This document shows, piece by piece, positions 11,248 through 22,700 of a stretch of DNA of 64,000 nt. The notes under the pieces were generated by a model. That model did not search any database. It was not told the origin of the DNA and was given only the letters and a program-made list of their open reading frames with translations. Numbering within the stretch: the stretch's first letter is position 1; the number at the start of each line of letters is the position of its first letter. This DNA is from Occultella glacieicola (GTDB lineage Bacteria; Actinomycetota; Actinomycetes; Actinomycetales; Beutenbergiaceae). The DNA is taken from contig NZ_SMNA01000001.1 of the NCBI RefSeq assembly GCF_004353825.1, positions 124,001 to 188,000 on the forward strand, given 5' to 3'. Position numbers and translations under genes: made by a program.

Positions 11248-13393
11248 CGTTTCACGTGAAACGCATTCAGACGGCGCATGAGTGTGCTCGAGGTACGTTG
11301 CCGTGGCCGACCGGTTTGACGGACTCCGCCCGCTCGGTGGAAGGTCAGCCGGGCGACACCCGGGCGACACTCGTCCAACATGGCCAGGTGGTCCCGGCGG
11401 ATCGGTTGTCCGGGTGGAACCGACGGTCCGGCACGCTCGGGAGCGCGGCGGCTCTCCGGTGCGTCGTTCTCCCCCGAAGGTGTGCCTCCTAGCTCGCGTG
11501 TCTGGGACTCGCGTCCGGGTGTCGTTTCACGTGAAACGCGGTGCGGAGGCCTGGGGACGGGCGGCGGTGCGCGTCACGGTGACCGCGGGACCTTGGGCTG
11601 GGGCGGCTGCGCTCGTTTGTCTACCCCGGTGGCCGCGCGTGGCTGTGTGAGACGCGGCCTTCCGTTGCGTGGGACGTCTGGCGGCGCCGCCAACGACGCC
11701 CCGGCCGGGCTGGCTCGGCGAGCGACCAGGTGCACGCTCCGGGTCGGATCCTTGGGCTAGCTGGGCTCGATCCTCGCTGGGACCCTCGGAGTCTCCCAAG
11801 TCTCGGGTGCGGTCCGAGGTTGAGATCCCGTTCCGTCGACGCATCGTGATGGTGGGCCTGCTGGCGTCGTGTGCTGATGTCTGCCCACGGTGTCTCGGTG
11901 GGGGCCGGGCGTTGGGTGGCTGTTTCACGTGAAACGTCGGGTTCGCCATCGGTTCGCGATCACGGTGGTCTGGCTCGCCCCTGGTTCCTCGGTGATGGCT
12001 GCGGTTGGCCGGACGCGGAGCCCTGTTTCACGTGGAACGTTTCATGGGATCGAGGGCCGTTCGCTTCTCGACTCGTCGCGCCCGAACTGCCGTGTCGACG
12101 GCGGGTTCCTGTAGCGCTCGACAGGCGCGAGCGCGCCGCCGTGCCCTAGCCCGAGAATCGCCGAGTCGACGCCGTCGCTGCCCATGGCGATAGCCTTCAT
12201 CGCTGCGCGCCGCGGCCGCTGCCACGGTGGGTCCTGGTGGAATTGAGTTTCACGTGGGACGGATGGCGGACACGCCGTCGTCCTGGCCTCGGCCTGTCCC
12301 AGCCGGGTCCAGGCCTGGTCCGTACTGGAGTCTCTCGCGCACGCGGTGTACTTCCAACCCGGTGCCCGTGCTGGGACTCTGACCACCGACGCCCCACCGA
12401 AGAGCAGAGGTGAGCATGACGTCCTCCGCGACCGTGTGCCCGGTCATGTACTCGGGTCGGCGTGGATCAATGGGCGGCGTGGCGGCGCCGTCGGCCGGCA
12501 GGCGTGCTGGCGATGTGGGACCGGCTCGGGTGCACGAGTCGGTCCACCGGGCAACTCGGTCCCGGGTCGAGTGTTGCGTGCCGGGCCACTCGGGTGTATC
12601 CGTCGGGAACTGCGATCGGTGTGTCCCGGATCCGCATGGTCGGACGAGCCCGCTGCGGCCTGCAGTGCACACGGTTGGATGACGGCCGGTGTAGCGGTCC
12701 ACGCGAGCAGGTGATGGCGCACTTCTCCAGCGGTTGCCCGGGGTGGTGTGTTTCACGTGAAACGCGGCTCGGCGGACGGTACGCACTGGCTGTCGACGGG
12801 CGTCGTCGGAGTGGTCCGATCCCGCTTCGTCCCTCGCGGACGCGCTGAGGGCGCCACTCCCGGCCCCGGCCGGCAAGGCCGTGTCGCAAAGGGTCGTTGA
12901 GTCGCGCGTGCGTACGGAGGGGTTGTCGACGTACGCGCGAGCGTTTCACGTGAAACGGACCGAGATGCTGGCGAAGTCGCGCCCAGTCGAATATCGTCGC
13001 CGCTTCGATGCACGCGCCGAGCTGGTCAGGCGTAGAGCGGCGCGCGCCTCCTCCTGCGATTGCCGCTGCGTGAGGGTGCCAGGCCGCCCACCGCGTACCC
13101 GCGTGGACGCCGGTGTCGCACCGCAGCACGAGGTTCGCGACCCGGCTTCACGTGAAGCACGCGTCTTTCCCTGACGTGCACAGCCATGGTGCCCCAGGGG
13201 TCGTGTCGTGAGTCGCAACTGCCCGATCCGGGACAGCGCGCGTGGGTTCCACGTGAGACATGCTCCGCCCGGCCACGCGGTTGCTGGTTCTGCGTGCAGC
13301 ACGTTCGGCACGCCCGGCCACGCGGTTGCTGGTTCTGCGTGAGCGTGCTTCGCTCGCCCGGACCGCGAACGGCTGCTGGTTCCACGTGAAACG
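11248..13393. repeat. Array of about 10 parS palindromes (GTTTCACGTGAAAC)
   Basis: Perfect cores at 11248, 11523, 11921, 12749, 12942; variants at 12024, 12246, 13144, 13245, 13378; immediately upstream of parA. Confidence 0.93.
13266..13341 (+). repeat. 31-bp direct repeat, 2 copies, 45-bp period
   Basis: CGCCCGGCCACGCGGTTGCTGGTTCTGCGTG at 13266-13296 and 13311-13341. Confidence 0.9.
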
Positions 13394-13423
13394 AATCTGC
13401 CGAGGGATGCGCGACGCGCGCGT

Positions 13424-14566
13424 GTGGATGGTCTGAGCACCGGCCGAACACGCTTAGGCTGGTCCAGTACGCCGATCCCCCTTGAACGGACGCTCCACGT
13501 GGACCAGGAAGACGCCGGTGTCGTTGCCTCGACACCTCCGGATGTCACGACTCCGCTCTCACCGGAGGAGGAACGTCGGCTCGAACTGATGTCGGCCATC
13601 CCGGTCATGGATGAGACCACACCACTCGCCGCGGAACTCGCGCTGGATGCCAGGCGCCGCATCGAGCTGTCGGGACGTCGGTTCCCGCCGCCGTGGCAGA
13701 CGAGGGTGTTCACGGTCGCGAACCAGAAGGGCGGCGTTGGGAAGACGACGACCACGGTGAACCTCGCAGCCGCGCTCGCGAAGGCCGGCCTGAGGGTGCT
13801 CGTTATTGATAATGATCCTCAAGGGAATGCCTCGACCGCGCTGGGGGTCGAGCACCACAGCGGTGTCCCCTCGACCTATGACGTGCTGATCAACGACGTC
13901 CCGATCGCCGACGTGATCCAGGAGACAGAGGCGATCCCGGGCCTCTACTGCGTGCCCGCGACCATCGATCTCTCCGGAGCCGAGATCGAACTCGTCTCGG
14001 TCGTGGCCCGGGAGAACCGGCTGCGCAACGCATTGGCCGCTTACCTCAAGGAGAGGTCACGTCAAAGTCAACCACGGATCGACTACGTCTTTGTGGATTG
14101 CCCTCCCAGTCTCGGTCTGCTCACCGTCAACGCGTTCGTCACGGCGCGTGAGGTCCTGATCCCGATCCAGTGCGAGTACTACGCACTGGAGGGACTGAGC
14201 CAGCTCCTCAACAACATCAACCTGATCCGGGCGCACCTGAACCCCGCGCTGCACGTATCGACGATCCTGCTGACGATGTTCGACGGCCGCACGAACCTCG
14301 CACAGCAGGTCTCCGAGGAAGTGCGTGAGCACTTCCCGGACCAGACCCTGCACACCGCGATCCCTCGATCCGTACGGATCTCGGAGGCACCGAGCTACGG
14401 ACAGACGGTCCTGACCTACGATGCCGGGTCCTCGGGCGCCCTGGCCTACCTCGAGGCGGCGCGGGAGATCGCGAAGATGGGTGCGTTGCCTCCGGAGCCC
14501 GCGGCCCTGCAACCCGATGACACCGCGGCCGCCGAGGCACCGGAAGTGGAAGGAGCGACCCGATGA
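13424..14566 (+). CDS. parA: Chromosome partitioning ATPase ParA (Soj)
   Basis: [34 protein letters not shown]; true start probably further downstream (13499-13607). Confidence 0.96.
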   Translation: MDGLSTGRTRLGWSSTPIPLERTLHVDQEDAGVVASTPPDVTTPLSPEEERRLELMSAIPVMDETTPLAAELALDARRRIELSGRRFPPPWQTRVFTVANQKGGVGKTTTTVNLAAALAKAGLRVLVIDNDPQGNASTALGVEHHSGVPSTYDVLINDVPIADVIQETEAIPGLYCVPATIDLSGAEIELVSVVARENRLRNALAAYLKERSRQSQPRIDYVFVDCPPSLGLLTVNAFVTAREVLIPIQCEYYALEGLSQLLNNINLIRAHLNPALHVSTILLTMFDGRTNLAQQVSEEVREHFPDQTLHTAIPRSVRISEAPSYGQTVLTYDAGSSGALAYLEAAREIAKMGALPPEPAALQPDDTAAAEAPEVEGATR

Positions 14567-15813
14567 CCGAACGTCGACGAGGACTTGGACGGGGTCTCGG
14601 AGCCCTGATTCCCACCGCGCCAACGAGCGGGGTCGGGGGCAACGGCCGACCGGTCGATGTGTTCTTCCCAGATTCCCGTGGCGCTGCGACGGCCGTCGAG
14701 ACCCCGCCGGCCACCGACACCGCCGTTTCGGCCGACTCCCCGCCCGAGTCGAGCCCGAGTGGGCCCGACGAGGCGCGTCCTGCCGGCGTCGACGACACGG
14801 GTGTCGTGGCTCCCGCGCAGGCGCCGACCGCCGGGGCGGGCACCGAGGTCGACGACCGCGACGAGGACACGACCCGGCAGGACGTCGCGCCCGGTGCACG
14901 GTCGCAAGCCGCTGCCCCGGCCGGGGACGGCCCCGCCACGGAACCCGTCAGTCCAGAGCTGCGCCCGGTTCCCGGCGCCCGGTTCGCGGAACTGCCGTTG
15001 GACGCCATCCGTCCGAACGCGAACCAGCCCCGGCAGGTCTTCGATGAGGACGAACTCGAGGAGCTGTCCAGCTCGATCCGCGAGGTCGGAGTGCTGCAGC
15101 CGGTCGTGGTGCGCCCCTCCGGCACCGATGTGGAGGGCCGGCCCACCTACGAGCTCATCATGGGCGAGCGCCGGTGGCGGGCATCTCGGCTGGCCGGCAA
15201 CGACACGGTCCCCGCGATCATCCGGGACACCGCTCAGGACGACATGCTCCGGGACGCGCTCCTGGAGAACCTGCACCGGGCCCAGCTGAACCCGCTCGAG
15301 GAGGCAGCCGCCTACCAGCAGCTGCTGGACGACTTCGGGTGCACCCACGACGAACTGGCAACGAAGATTGCTCGGTCGCGGCCACAGATCTCGAACACGT
15401 TGCGGCTGCTGAAACTGCCCCCGCTCGTACAGCGGCGCGTCGCCGCGGGCGTCCTCTCCGCGGGCCATGCCCGCGCACTCCTCGGACTGCCGGACGGCGG
15501 CGCCATGGAACGTCTCGCCCAGCGCATCGTGGCCGAGGGCCTGAGCGTTCGGGCCACGGAGGAGATCGTCACGCTCGGCGACGACCCGATCCACCCGGAG
15601 ATGCGCCGACGCCCACGGGCGGGCGACCACAGCGAGGCCTTGGACAACCTGGCCGTGCGGCTCTCCGACCGCTTGGACACGAAGGTCAAGGTGAACCTCG
15701 GTCAACGTAAAGGTCGTATCAACATCGAGTTCGCAAGCGTTCAGGACCTCAACCGGATTCTGAACGCCCTTGCCCCCGACGATCCGGGAGTGCTCCAGCC
15801 GGCCTCCGAGTGA
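14563..15813 (+). CDS. parB: Chromosome partitioning protein ParB
   Basis: N-terminal [22 protein letters not shown] CTPase motif, [17 protein letters not shown]. Confidence 0.97.
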   Translation: MTERRRGLGRGLGALIPTAPTSGVGGNGRPVDVFFPDSRGAATAVETPPATDTAVSADSPPESSPSGPDEARPAGVDDTGVVAPAQAPTAGAGTEVDDRDEDTTRQDVAPGARSQAAAPAGDGPATEPVSPELRPVPGARFAELPLDAIRPNANQPRQVFDEDELEELSSSIREVGVLQPVVVRPSGTDVEGRPTYELIMGERRWRASRLAGNDTVPAIIRDTAQDDMLRDALLENLHRAQLNPLEEAAAYQQLLDDFGCTHDELATKIARSRPQISNTLRLLKLPPLVQRRVAAGVLSAGHARALLGLPDGGAMERLAQRIVAEGLSVRATEEIVTLGDDPIHPEMRRRPRAGDHSEALDNLAVRLSDRLDTKVKVNLGQRKGRINIEFASVQDLNRILNALAPDDPGVLQPASE

Positions 15814-15837
15814 ACCGGGCTCACCCGGCCCGGTTCA
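15811..15837. terminator. Hairpin between convergent parB and ddl-like gene
   Basis: TGAACCGGGC-N7-GCCCGGTTCA inverted repeat. Confidence 0.55.
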
Positions 15838-15864
15838 TCCCCGGCCCGGCCCGGGCCGCCCGGC

Positions 15865-16854
15865 TCAGTCCCGCTTGGTGAGCTGGGCCGCGGCGACGAT
15901 GCTCCGATAGAGCTCGCCGAGGGACCGTCCGCCCGCCTGCGCAGCCTGCGGGAGCAGCGACGTCTCGGTCATCCCCGGTGCCACGTTGACCTCGAGAAAC
16001 CAGGGGACGCCGTCGGAGTCCACGATCATGTCCGTCCGGGACAGGTGGCTCAGGCCGAGGGTGCGGTGCGCGAGCACCGCGAGCTCGGCTGCGGCGCGCT
16101 CGGCCTTCGGGGTCAGGCGTGCCGGCGCGAAGTACTCGGTGCGACCCGGGTTGTACCGCGCGTCGTAGTCGTAGGCCCCCTCGGTGGAGATCTCGACCGC
16201 GGGTAGTGCGACCGGTCCGTCACCGACGTCGACCACGGAGACAGCCAGCTCGGTGCCGGTGACGACCTGCTCGAGCAGGGCGTTCTCCCCGTAGGAGAAG
16301 CACGTGACCATGGCTCGAGGCAGTTCGTCGGTGTCGGTGACCACGGAGACGCCGAGAGCCGACCCGCCCTTGGCGGGCTTGACCACCAACGGCAGTGGGA
16401 GCCGTTGCAGCACGATGTCCAGGACGGCCTGGGCGCCGACCTCCCGGAACAACGACTGCGGCAGGCTCGCGAACTCCGGCGTGCATGCGCCGGCCCGCGC
16501 CATCAGGGTCTTTGCGACGGGCTTGCTCCAGGCAATCCGGGAGCCCGCGGAGTCGGTTCCCACATAGGGCACACCGACCAGTTCGAGCAGGTCACGGATC
16601 GACCCGTCCTCACCCGTGGAACCGTGCAGGATCGGCCAGACCACATCGGGCCGCGCCGACTCGAGGTATCCCAGCAGGCTCGCGTCCACGTCGCGCACCG
16701 TCACCGACATCCCCAGGCCCCGGAGTGCCTCCGCGACCCGTCGGCCCGATCGCAGGGAGACATCCCGTTCGTGGGAGAGCCCTCCGGCGAGGATCAGCAG
16801 TTCCATGGGCACGATGGGCACGATGGGCACAGCATCGGATCCGGCGGCGTGCAT
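15865..16854 (-). CDS. D-alanine--D-alanine ligase family ATP-grasp protein
   Basis: LAGGLSHERDVSLRSG, LHG..GEDG, VKPAKGGSALG, YDYDARY, LEVNVAPGMTETS; alternative start at 16806. Confidence 0.9.
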   Translation of the reverse strand: MHAAGSDAVPIVPIVPMELLILAGGLSHERDVSLRSGRRVAEALRGLGMSVTVRDVDASLLGYLESARPDVVWPILHGSTGEDGSIRDLLELVGVPYVGTDSAGSRIAWSKPVAKTLMARAGACTPEFASLPQSLFREVGAQAVLDIVLQRLPLPLVVKPAKGGSALGVSVVTDTDELPRAMVTCFSYGENALLEQVVTGTELAVSVVDVGDGPVALPAVEISTEGAYDYDARYNPGRTEYFAPARLTPKAERAAAELAVLAHRTLGLSHLSRTDMIVDSDGVPWFLEVNVAPGMTETSLLPQAAQAGGRSLGELYRSIVAAAQLTKRD

Positions 16855-16865
16855 GATCTCCGTCC

Positions 16866-18233
16866 TCAGGCCTGGTTCGGGGAAGGGGCTTGCGTCCCGC
16901 GGACCACCTGGGTGGCGGCCCCGGTGCCGAACATCCGGACCAGGTCGTGCTCGTCGTTGACGACGGTCGCGAGCCGGCGGACCCCCTCGTGGATGCGCTC
17001 GGGCGTCGGGTAGCAGAACGAGAGCCGCATATGGTCCTGGCCCTGACCGTCCGCGTAGAACGCCGTGCCCGGGACGTAGGCGACCAGACCGGTGACCGCC
17101 CGCGGGAGCATCGCCTGCGCGTCCAGGCCGGCCGGCAGGGTGACCCAGGTGTAGAAACCACCGGCCGGTACCGTCCAGGTGGCCGCCGGCAGGTGCTCGG
17201 CGAGGGAGCCGAGCATCGCGTCCCGGCGCTCCCGGTAGACCTCGCGGAAGGACTTGATCTGGCCGCGCCAGTCACACGTGCTCAGGTAGGTGGAGATCGA
17301 GAGCTGGCTCATCATCGACGGGCACAGGATCGCGGACTCGCTGGCCAGCACCAGACGCTCCCGGACCGCGTGCGGGGCGAGGGCCCACCCCACCCGGTAC
17401 CCGGGTGCGAACGTCTTCGAGAACGAGCCGAGGTAGACGACCGCCTCGGGATCGTAACTGTGCAGCGCGGGGAGCGGGTCGCCGTCGAAACCGAGGAGCC
17501 CGTACGGATTGTCCTCCAGCACGAGCACGCCGTGGCGGCGCGCGATCTCGACGATCCGCGGACGGCGTTCGAGGGCGAGGGTGACCCCCGCAGGGTTGTG
17601 GAAGTTCGGAACCGTGTAGAGCAGCTTCACCCGGCGCCCCTCAGCCCCGAGCCGGCTCAGGGCCTGCTCCAGGGCCTCGGGTACGAGCCCGGCGTCGTCC
17701 ATCTCGACGTGGACCACGTCCGCCTGGTAGGCCCGGAACACCCCGAGCGCCCCCACGTAGCTGGGCGCCTCCGCGAGCACGACGTCACCAGGGTCGACGA
17801 AGATCCGGGTGACCAGGTCCAGCGCCTGCTGGGACCCGGTCGTGACCACGACGTCGTCGGAGTGCGCCCGGATACCCTCGAGTGCCATCACGTCGAGGAT
17901 CTGCTCGCGTAACGCCTCCTCGCCCTGACCGGAGCCGTACTGCAGCGCCACCGCGCCGCGTTCGGTCAGCAGTTTCTGGGTGAGTTCGGCGATGTTGTCC
18001 AGCGGTAGCCCGGCCAGGAACGGCATGCCGCCGGCCAGGGAGACCACCTCGGGGCGGTTCGCGACGGCGAACAGGGCCCGGATCTCCGAGGCCTTCATGC
18101 CATGGGTCCGGTCCGCATAGTTCGCCAGCCACGGGTCGAGCCGGGTGCCACGGCCCGGTTCGGCAGCAGCGGCGGCGGCGGCGGCGACGGTGGGCGTCGT
18201 CGGGTCGGGTGCCTGCTCGCTGCGCTCGTTCAT
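16866..18233 (-). CDS. PLP-dependent aminotransferase class I/II
   Basis: SLAGGMP, GSQQALDL, PNFHNPAG, EDNPYG, GSFSKTFAPGYRVGW. Confidence 0.92.
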   Translation of the reverse strand: MNERSEQAPDPTTPTVAAAAAAAAEPGRGTRLDPWLANYADRTHGMKASEIRALFAVANRPEVVSLAGGMPFLAGLPLDNIAELTQKLLTERGAVALQYGSGQGEEALREQILDVMALEGIRAHSDDVVVTTGSQQALDLVTRIFVDPGDVVLAEAPSYVGALGVFRAYQADVVHVEMDDAGLVPEALEQALSRLGAEGRRVKLLYTVPNFHNPAGVTLALERRPRIVEIARRHGVLVLEDNPYGLLGFDGDPLPALHSYDPEAVVYLGSFSKTFAPGYRVGWALAPHAVRERLVLASESAILCPSMMSQLSISTYLSTCDWRGQIKSFREVYRERRDAMLGSLAEHLPAATWTVPAGGFYTWVTLPAGLDAQAMLPRAVTGLVAYVPGTAFYADGQGQDHMRLSFCYPTPERIHEGVRRLATVVNDEHDLVRMFGTGAATQVVRGTQAPSPNQA

Positions 18234-18355
18234 CGTGGTTGCCTCCGGAAAATGGGTCGCCGACCGTGAAATGACCGACCCCCCGAGTGTTTCACGTCTC
18301 GGGGGGCCGGTCGTTCGCGTCCCGGGCCGTGTCGGCCCGGTGCCGATCCGTTCGG

Positions 18356-18685
18356 TCAGGCGATGTACTCGGAGATCTCGTCGAGGAACTTCTTCTTCGG
18401 GCGCGAGCCGACCAGGGACTTCGACAGCTCACCGCCGGTGTAGACGTTGATCGTGGGGATCGAGACCACGTTGTAGTCACGGGCCACATCGGGGTTCGCG
18501 TCCACGTCCACCTTGACCACCTTGATCTTGCCCGCGTACTCGTCGGCGATCTCCTCGAGGATCGGTGCGAACTGGAGGCAGGGCGGGCACCAGCTGGCCC
18601 AGAAGTCGACGATGACCGGCTGATCGGCCTTCAGCACGTCCTCACCGAAGGAGTCGTCGGTGGCGTGGGTGACGTTGTTGCTCAT
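18356..18685 (-). CDS. trxA: Thioredoxin with a WCPPC active site
   Basis: VDFWASWCPPC, SIPT; follows trxB. Confidence 0.92.
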   Translation of the reverse strand: MSNNVTHATDDSFGEDVLKADQPVIVDFWASWCPPCLQFAPILEEIADEYAGKIKVVKVDVDANPDVARDYNVVSIPTINVYTGGELSKSLVGSRPKKKFLDEISEYIA

Positions 18686-18725
18686 GGGAGTCCTCGGATC
18701 TCGGGTGGGGTGGTGGGAGTGCGGG

Positions 18726-19721
18726 TCATTCGGCGACGGATGCGGCCAGGGCGCCCACGTGGTCCCCGGCGTTCGAGGCGTCCAGGGCGGCGAGGTAGCG
18801 CTCCGCGTCGAGGGCGGCGGCGCACCCGGTTCCGGCGGCCGTGATGGCCTGCCGGTAGTGGTGGTCGACGACGTCACCCGCGGCGAACACACCCGGGAGG
18901 TTGGTCCGGGTGCTGGGGTGCGCGACGTCCACGTAGCCCTCGCTGTTCAGGTCGATCTGGCCGGCCAGCAGTTCCGTGCGCGGCAGGTGCCCGATCGCCA
19001 CGAAGAGCCCGGTCGCGCCGACCTCCCGGGTCTGGCCGGTGACCGTGTCGCGCAGGGTGGCGCCGGTGACCTTGGCGTCCCCGTGGATCGCCGCGACCTC
19101 GCTGTTCCATGCGAACGTGATCTTCGGGTCGTTGAGGGCGCGCTCGGCCATGATCTTCGAGGCGCGGAGCTCGTCGCGCCGGTGCACCACAGTCACGGTG
19201 CGGCCGAACCGGGTCAGGAACAGGGCCTCCTCCATCGCGGAGTCGCCGCCGCCGATCACCAGGATGTCCTGGTCCTTGAAGAAGAACCCGTCGCAGGTGG
19301 CGCACCAGGAGACGCCGCGCCCGGAGAACTGCTTCTCCTCGGGCAGGCCGAGCTCCTTGTAGGCCGAACCCGTGGCCAGGATCACGGTGCGGGCCTGGAC
19401 CTCCTCGCCGTCCTCGGTCGTGATCGACTTCAGGTCACCGGCGAGCTGCACGGACGTCACGTCCTCGTAGCGGACGTCCGCGCCGAACCGCTCCGCCTGC
19501 TCCTGCATCTTCTCCATGAGCTCGGGGCCGAGGACACCGGTGGGAAAGCCGGGGAAGTTCTCGACGTCCGTGGTGTTCATGAGCGCGCCGCCCGCGGTCA
19601 CGGAGCCGGCGAACACGATCGGGGCCAGTCCCGCGCGGGCCGCGTAGACCGCCGCCGTGTAGCCGGCCGGCCCGGAGCCGATGATGACGACGTCGTGAAC
19701 GGTGGAAGTGCCTTCGGTCAT
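18726..19721 (-). CDS. trxB: Thioredoxin-disulfide reductase
   Basis: [28 protein letters not shown]. Confidence 0.97.
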   Translation of the reverse strand: MTEGTSTVHDVVIIGSGPAGYTAAVYAARAGLAPIVFAGSVTAGGALMNTTDVENFPGFPTGVLGPELMEKMQEQAERFGADVRYEDVTSVQLAGDLKSITTEDGEEVQARTVILATGSAYKELGLPEEKQFSGRGVSWCATCDGFFFKDQDILVIGGGDSAMEEALFLTRFGRTVTVVHRRDELRASKIMAERALNDPKITFAWNSEVAAIHGDAKVTGATLRDTVTGQTREVGATGLFVAIGHLPRTELLAGQIDLNSEGYVDVAHPSTRTNLPGVFAAGDVVDHHYRQAITAAGTGCAAALDAERYLAALDASNAGDHVGALAASVAE

Positions 19722-19793
19722 GCTCGGTCCTTCGTGAGAGATGGGTGCTGCTGGGGTGAACCACGGCCGGCCCGGCATTGTTCCGGACGCTGC

Positions 19794-22700
19794 TCAGCCG
19801 ACCGTGATCTCGGCGAGTTCGATCCGGTTGCGGCCGTCGGAGTCGGCCACCGGCAGCTCCGGGAACCACAGGACGATCGAGCCGAGCTCGGTGGGCGTCG
19901 ACAGGGTGTACGTGGTGTTCGGACCCATCGGGCCCTCGGCCAGCACCTCGCCCCCGTTCGGTGCGGTCGGGTCGGTGTTGCGGATCTGCACGATGCCGCC
20001 GGAACCGTGCACGTCCAGGGTGACGGTCGTGATGAGGGCGGGCTCCTCCAGGGTGACGACGAAGCCGAGCCCGTCCTTGATGCCGTAGTTCGGATTGTTG
20101 TACCGCAGGGAGTTCCAGGTGGTCGCCGGGTCGCCGTCGATGGCCCGGCCCGCTGTGTCCTCGTTGTCCCCCACGCCGGACGCGGGGTCGAGCGACTGCG
20201 CCGAGACGAACGTGGCGACCGTCGGCGGTGGCTCGGTGGTGGGCTCCGGGGTCGGCTCAGGCGTCGCCGAGGGCGTCCCGTCCGTCGGCGCGACGGTCCC
20301 GGTCGGCTCCGTGGCGGGCTGGTAGGACGTCCGAGCATCGCTGAGGGAGTTGAACGCGAGCAGGGCGGCGACCACGACGAAGGCGATCATCAACAGGATC
20401 ACGAACGGCGTCGGGTTGAACCGGGGTCGCGGCTCGGCCGGCCCGGCGGCCGCGCCCTCCTCCTCGGTCTCGGGACGGCGGAACCGGTCGCCGACCGCGC
20501 GGGCGTTCTCCCGTAGGGCGCCGAGGGCGCGTTGGGAGCCGGCGACGGCGGCCCCCACCCCGGCGGTGACGGCGGACGGCTCCTGCTCGTCGACGAGGCC
20601 CTCGGTGGGCAGGTCCCAGCCGGCCTGGGCGGGCGGGGGTGTCGGGAGCGGACCCGCTCCGATCGCGGGGGCCGGGGGCGCGTCGTCCCTCGCCACGAGC
20701 TTGTCGTCCGGTCCGGCCGGCGCCTCGGGTGGCAGGTCCCAGCCGGCCTGCGCCGGCGGCGGGGCGGGCAGCGGACCGGCACCGATGGCGGGTGCCGTGG
20801 CGATGGCGGCCGGACCGTGGTCGGCGGACGCCGTGGCGCCCGCGATCCCGGCGGCCCCGGCCGCCTCGGCTCCGGTCTCGGCGGCACGGGCACCCGCACC
20901 CGCACCGGCTCCGGCGAGCGCGCCGGTGACCGCCGTGACGAGGGCACGGCCGCGGGCACCGAGACGTTGCCACAGCGACGCCTGCTCGGGCTCCTCCGGC
21001 GCGGTCGCGCCCGCGTGCTCGTGCCGGGCGTGGTAGCTGTCGATGATCTGGGTCCGGTCCCCTCCGGCGTCGGTGGCCCGGACGAGATCGTCGAAGTCAC
21101 GCTGCTCGGTCTGGTCGGGGGGCGGCTTGAGGCTCCAGGTGCTCGGGTCCGCGGGCGCTCGCACCGGTGACAGCCGGGTGGTGGCGTCGGGTCGGTCCGG
21201 GCCCGAGGTGGTGGGCTCCGGTGACCCGGCTCCAGCCGCGGCGACACCGGTGGGCTCGAGACCATGGGACCCGGTGGTGGCTCCGGCTCCGGCGGCACCT
21301 CGGCCGGCGGCATCCCCGAGACCGGCCGCTCCGGCGGCCGCTCCCAGACCGGCCGCACCCGCCGCACCAGCGATACCGGCGACTCCTGCGGCACCCGCCA
21401 TGCCGGCGCCCCGCAGTCCGCCCTGGTGGCCACCTGCCTGACCGACGCCGTCCGTCCCACCCGACGATCCGCCGTCGTCCCGCCTGCGGGCCGCCGCGGC
21501 CACGCCCGGGTCGATCTCGTCCCAGGGCGCGAGGTCACGGACCAGCTCGCCCGGGGTGTACGGGCCGTCCTCGTGCGGGCCGAAGGTGACCGAGCAGAGG
21601 GTGTCGAGGTCGTGCGGGATGCCCTCGACGACATCCCCGGGTGGTACCGGTGCGCCGCCGTGGCGTGCGGCCAGGGGCAGGCCACCGGCGCGCTTCGGAT
21701 CACCCGGCCAGGTCCCGGTCAGCGCCGTGTACATGAGGGCGACGAGGTCCACGCTGTCGGTCCGGGCCGCGGCGCGGGCATCGCCGCCGTCGACACCGAG
21801 CTCGGCCGCGTCGACGGCGAGGCCCTTGAGCACCACGCCGCGCTCGCCGACCAGCAGCGACGCCGGACGCAGCTGGAGGTGATGCACACCGCGCTTGCGG
21901 GCGGCCTCGATGGCGGCGGCCGCCTCCCCGACGAGGGAGCGGGCCACCGCGGCGGGCACCGGCCCGGACCGCACCAGATCGGCGAGGGACGGGGCGTCGG
22001 TGGCGTCGGTGACCAGGTAGCCCAGGCCGCCGGAGGTCCCGACCCGTAGGATCCGGGCCAGTCGGTCGTCGCCGACCAGGGCCGCCCGGCGAGCGGCGTC
22101 GAGGGCTTCCTCGCGGTGCGGGCCGTCCAGGGTGATGATCCGCACGTCGCGCTGCAGGATGTCGTCCCGTGCGCTCCAGAGGCTGCTCTGCGGAAGTGGT
22201 GCCTCGAGCCGTGCGAGGAGCACATACCGGTCCGCGATGGTTGAACCGACCACCAGGTCCATGGCGGTGCCTCGAGTCACGGGGGCGCCTCCGATACGCT
22301 GTGGAACTCCGCTGATCTTCCCCCACATGGTACGCAACGGTGCGGGCATCGGGATCCGAGCCACCAGGGCGGTGACCGGCCGGGCCACCGGGGCTGTCAT
22401 CGCGGACACCCGGTTCAGGAGCGCGTCGAGCTCCCCCACCCGCAGCTGGCGGAGCAGGATCAGGTAGATCACCAGCATCAGCGCACCGAGCACGAGCACC
22501 CGCGCCAGCGCCCCGGCGAACCCGGTCTGCACGCCCCAGAGGTGCAGCAGCCCCCACCCGACGAGAGCCGCGGGCACCGCGGCCATGAACACCCGCAGGT
22601 GGGTCAGGAAGACACGGCTGCCGTCGAGGCTGGGCAGTTTCCGGCGCAGGGCCAGGTAGGCGACCAGGGCGCCGAAGGTGTTCGCCACGGTGGTGGCCGC

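Noticed and set aside
11248..13393. parS array as a CRISPR array
   Set aside because: Repeats are 14-16 bp, spacing is irregular and mostly 100-500 bp, no cas genes are present, and the motif matches parS next to parAB
11076..13535. Many short ORFs in the rsmG-parA spacer
   Set aside because: No recognisable motifs; the recurring FHVKR/VSRET peptides are simply translated parS sites
16805..16830. 9-bp repeat x3 at the 5' end of the ddl-like gene
   Set aside because: Short and in-frame; only affects start choice, with no evidence of phase variation
18288..18297. TGTTTCACGT parS half-site (also weak CGCTCCACGTGGACCA at 13491)
   Set aside because: Only one half matches, or too degenerate to call
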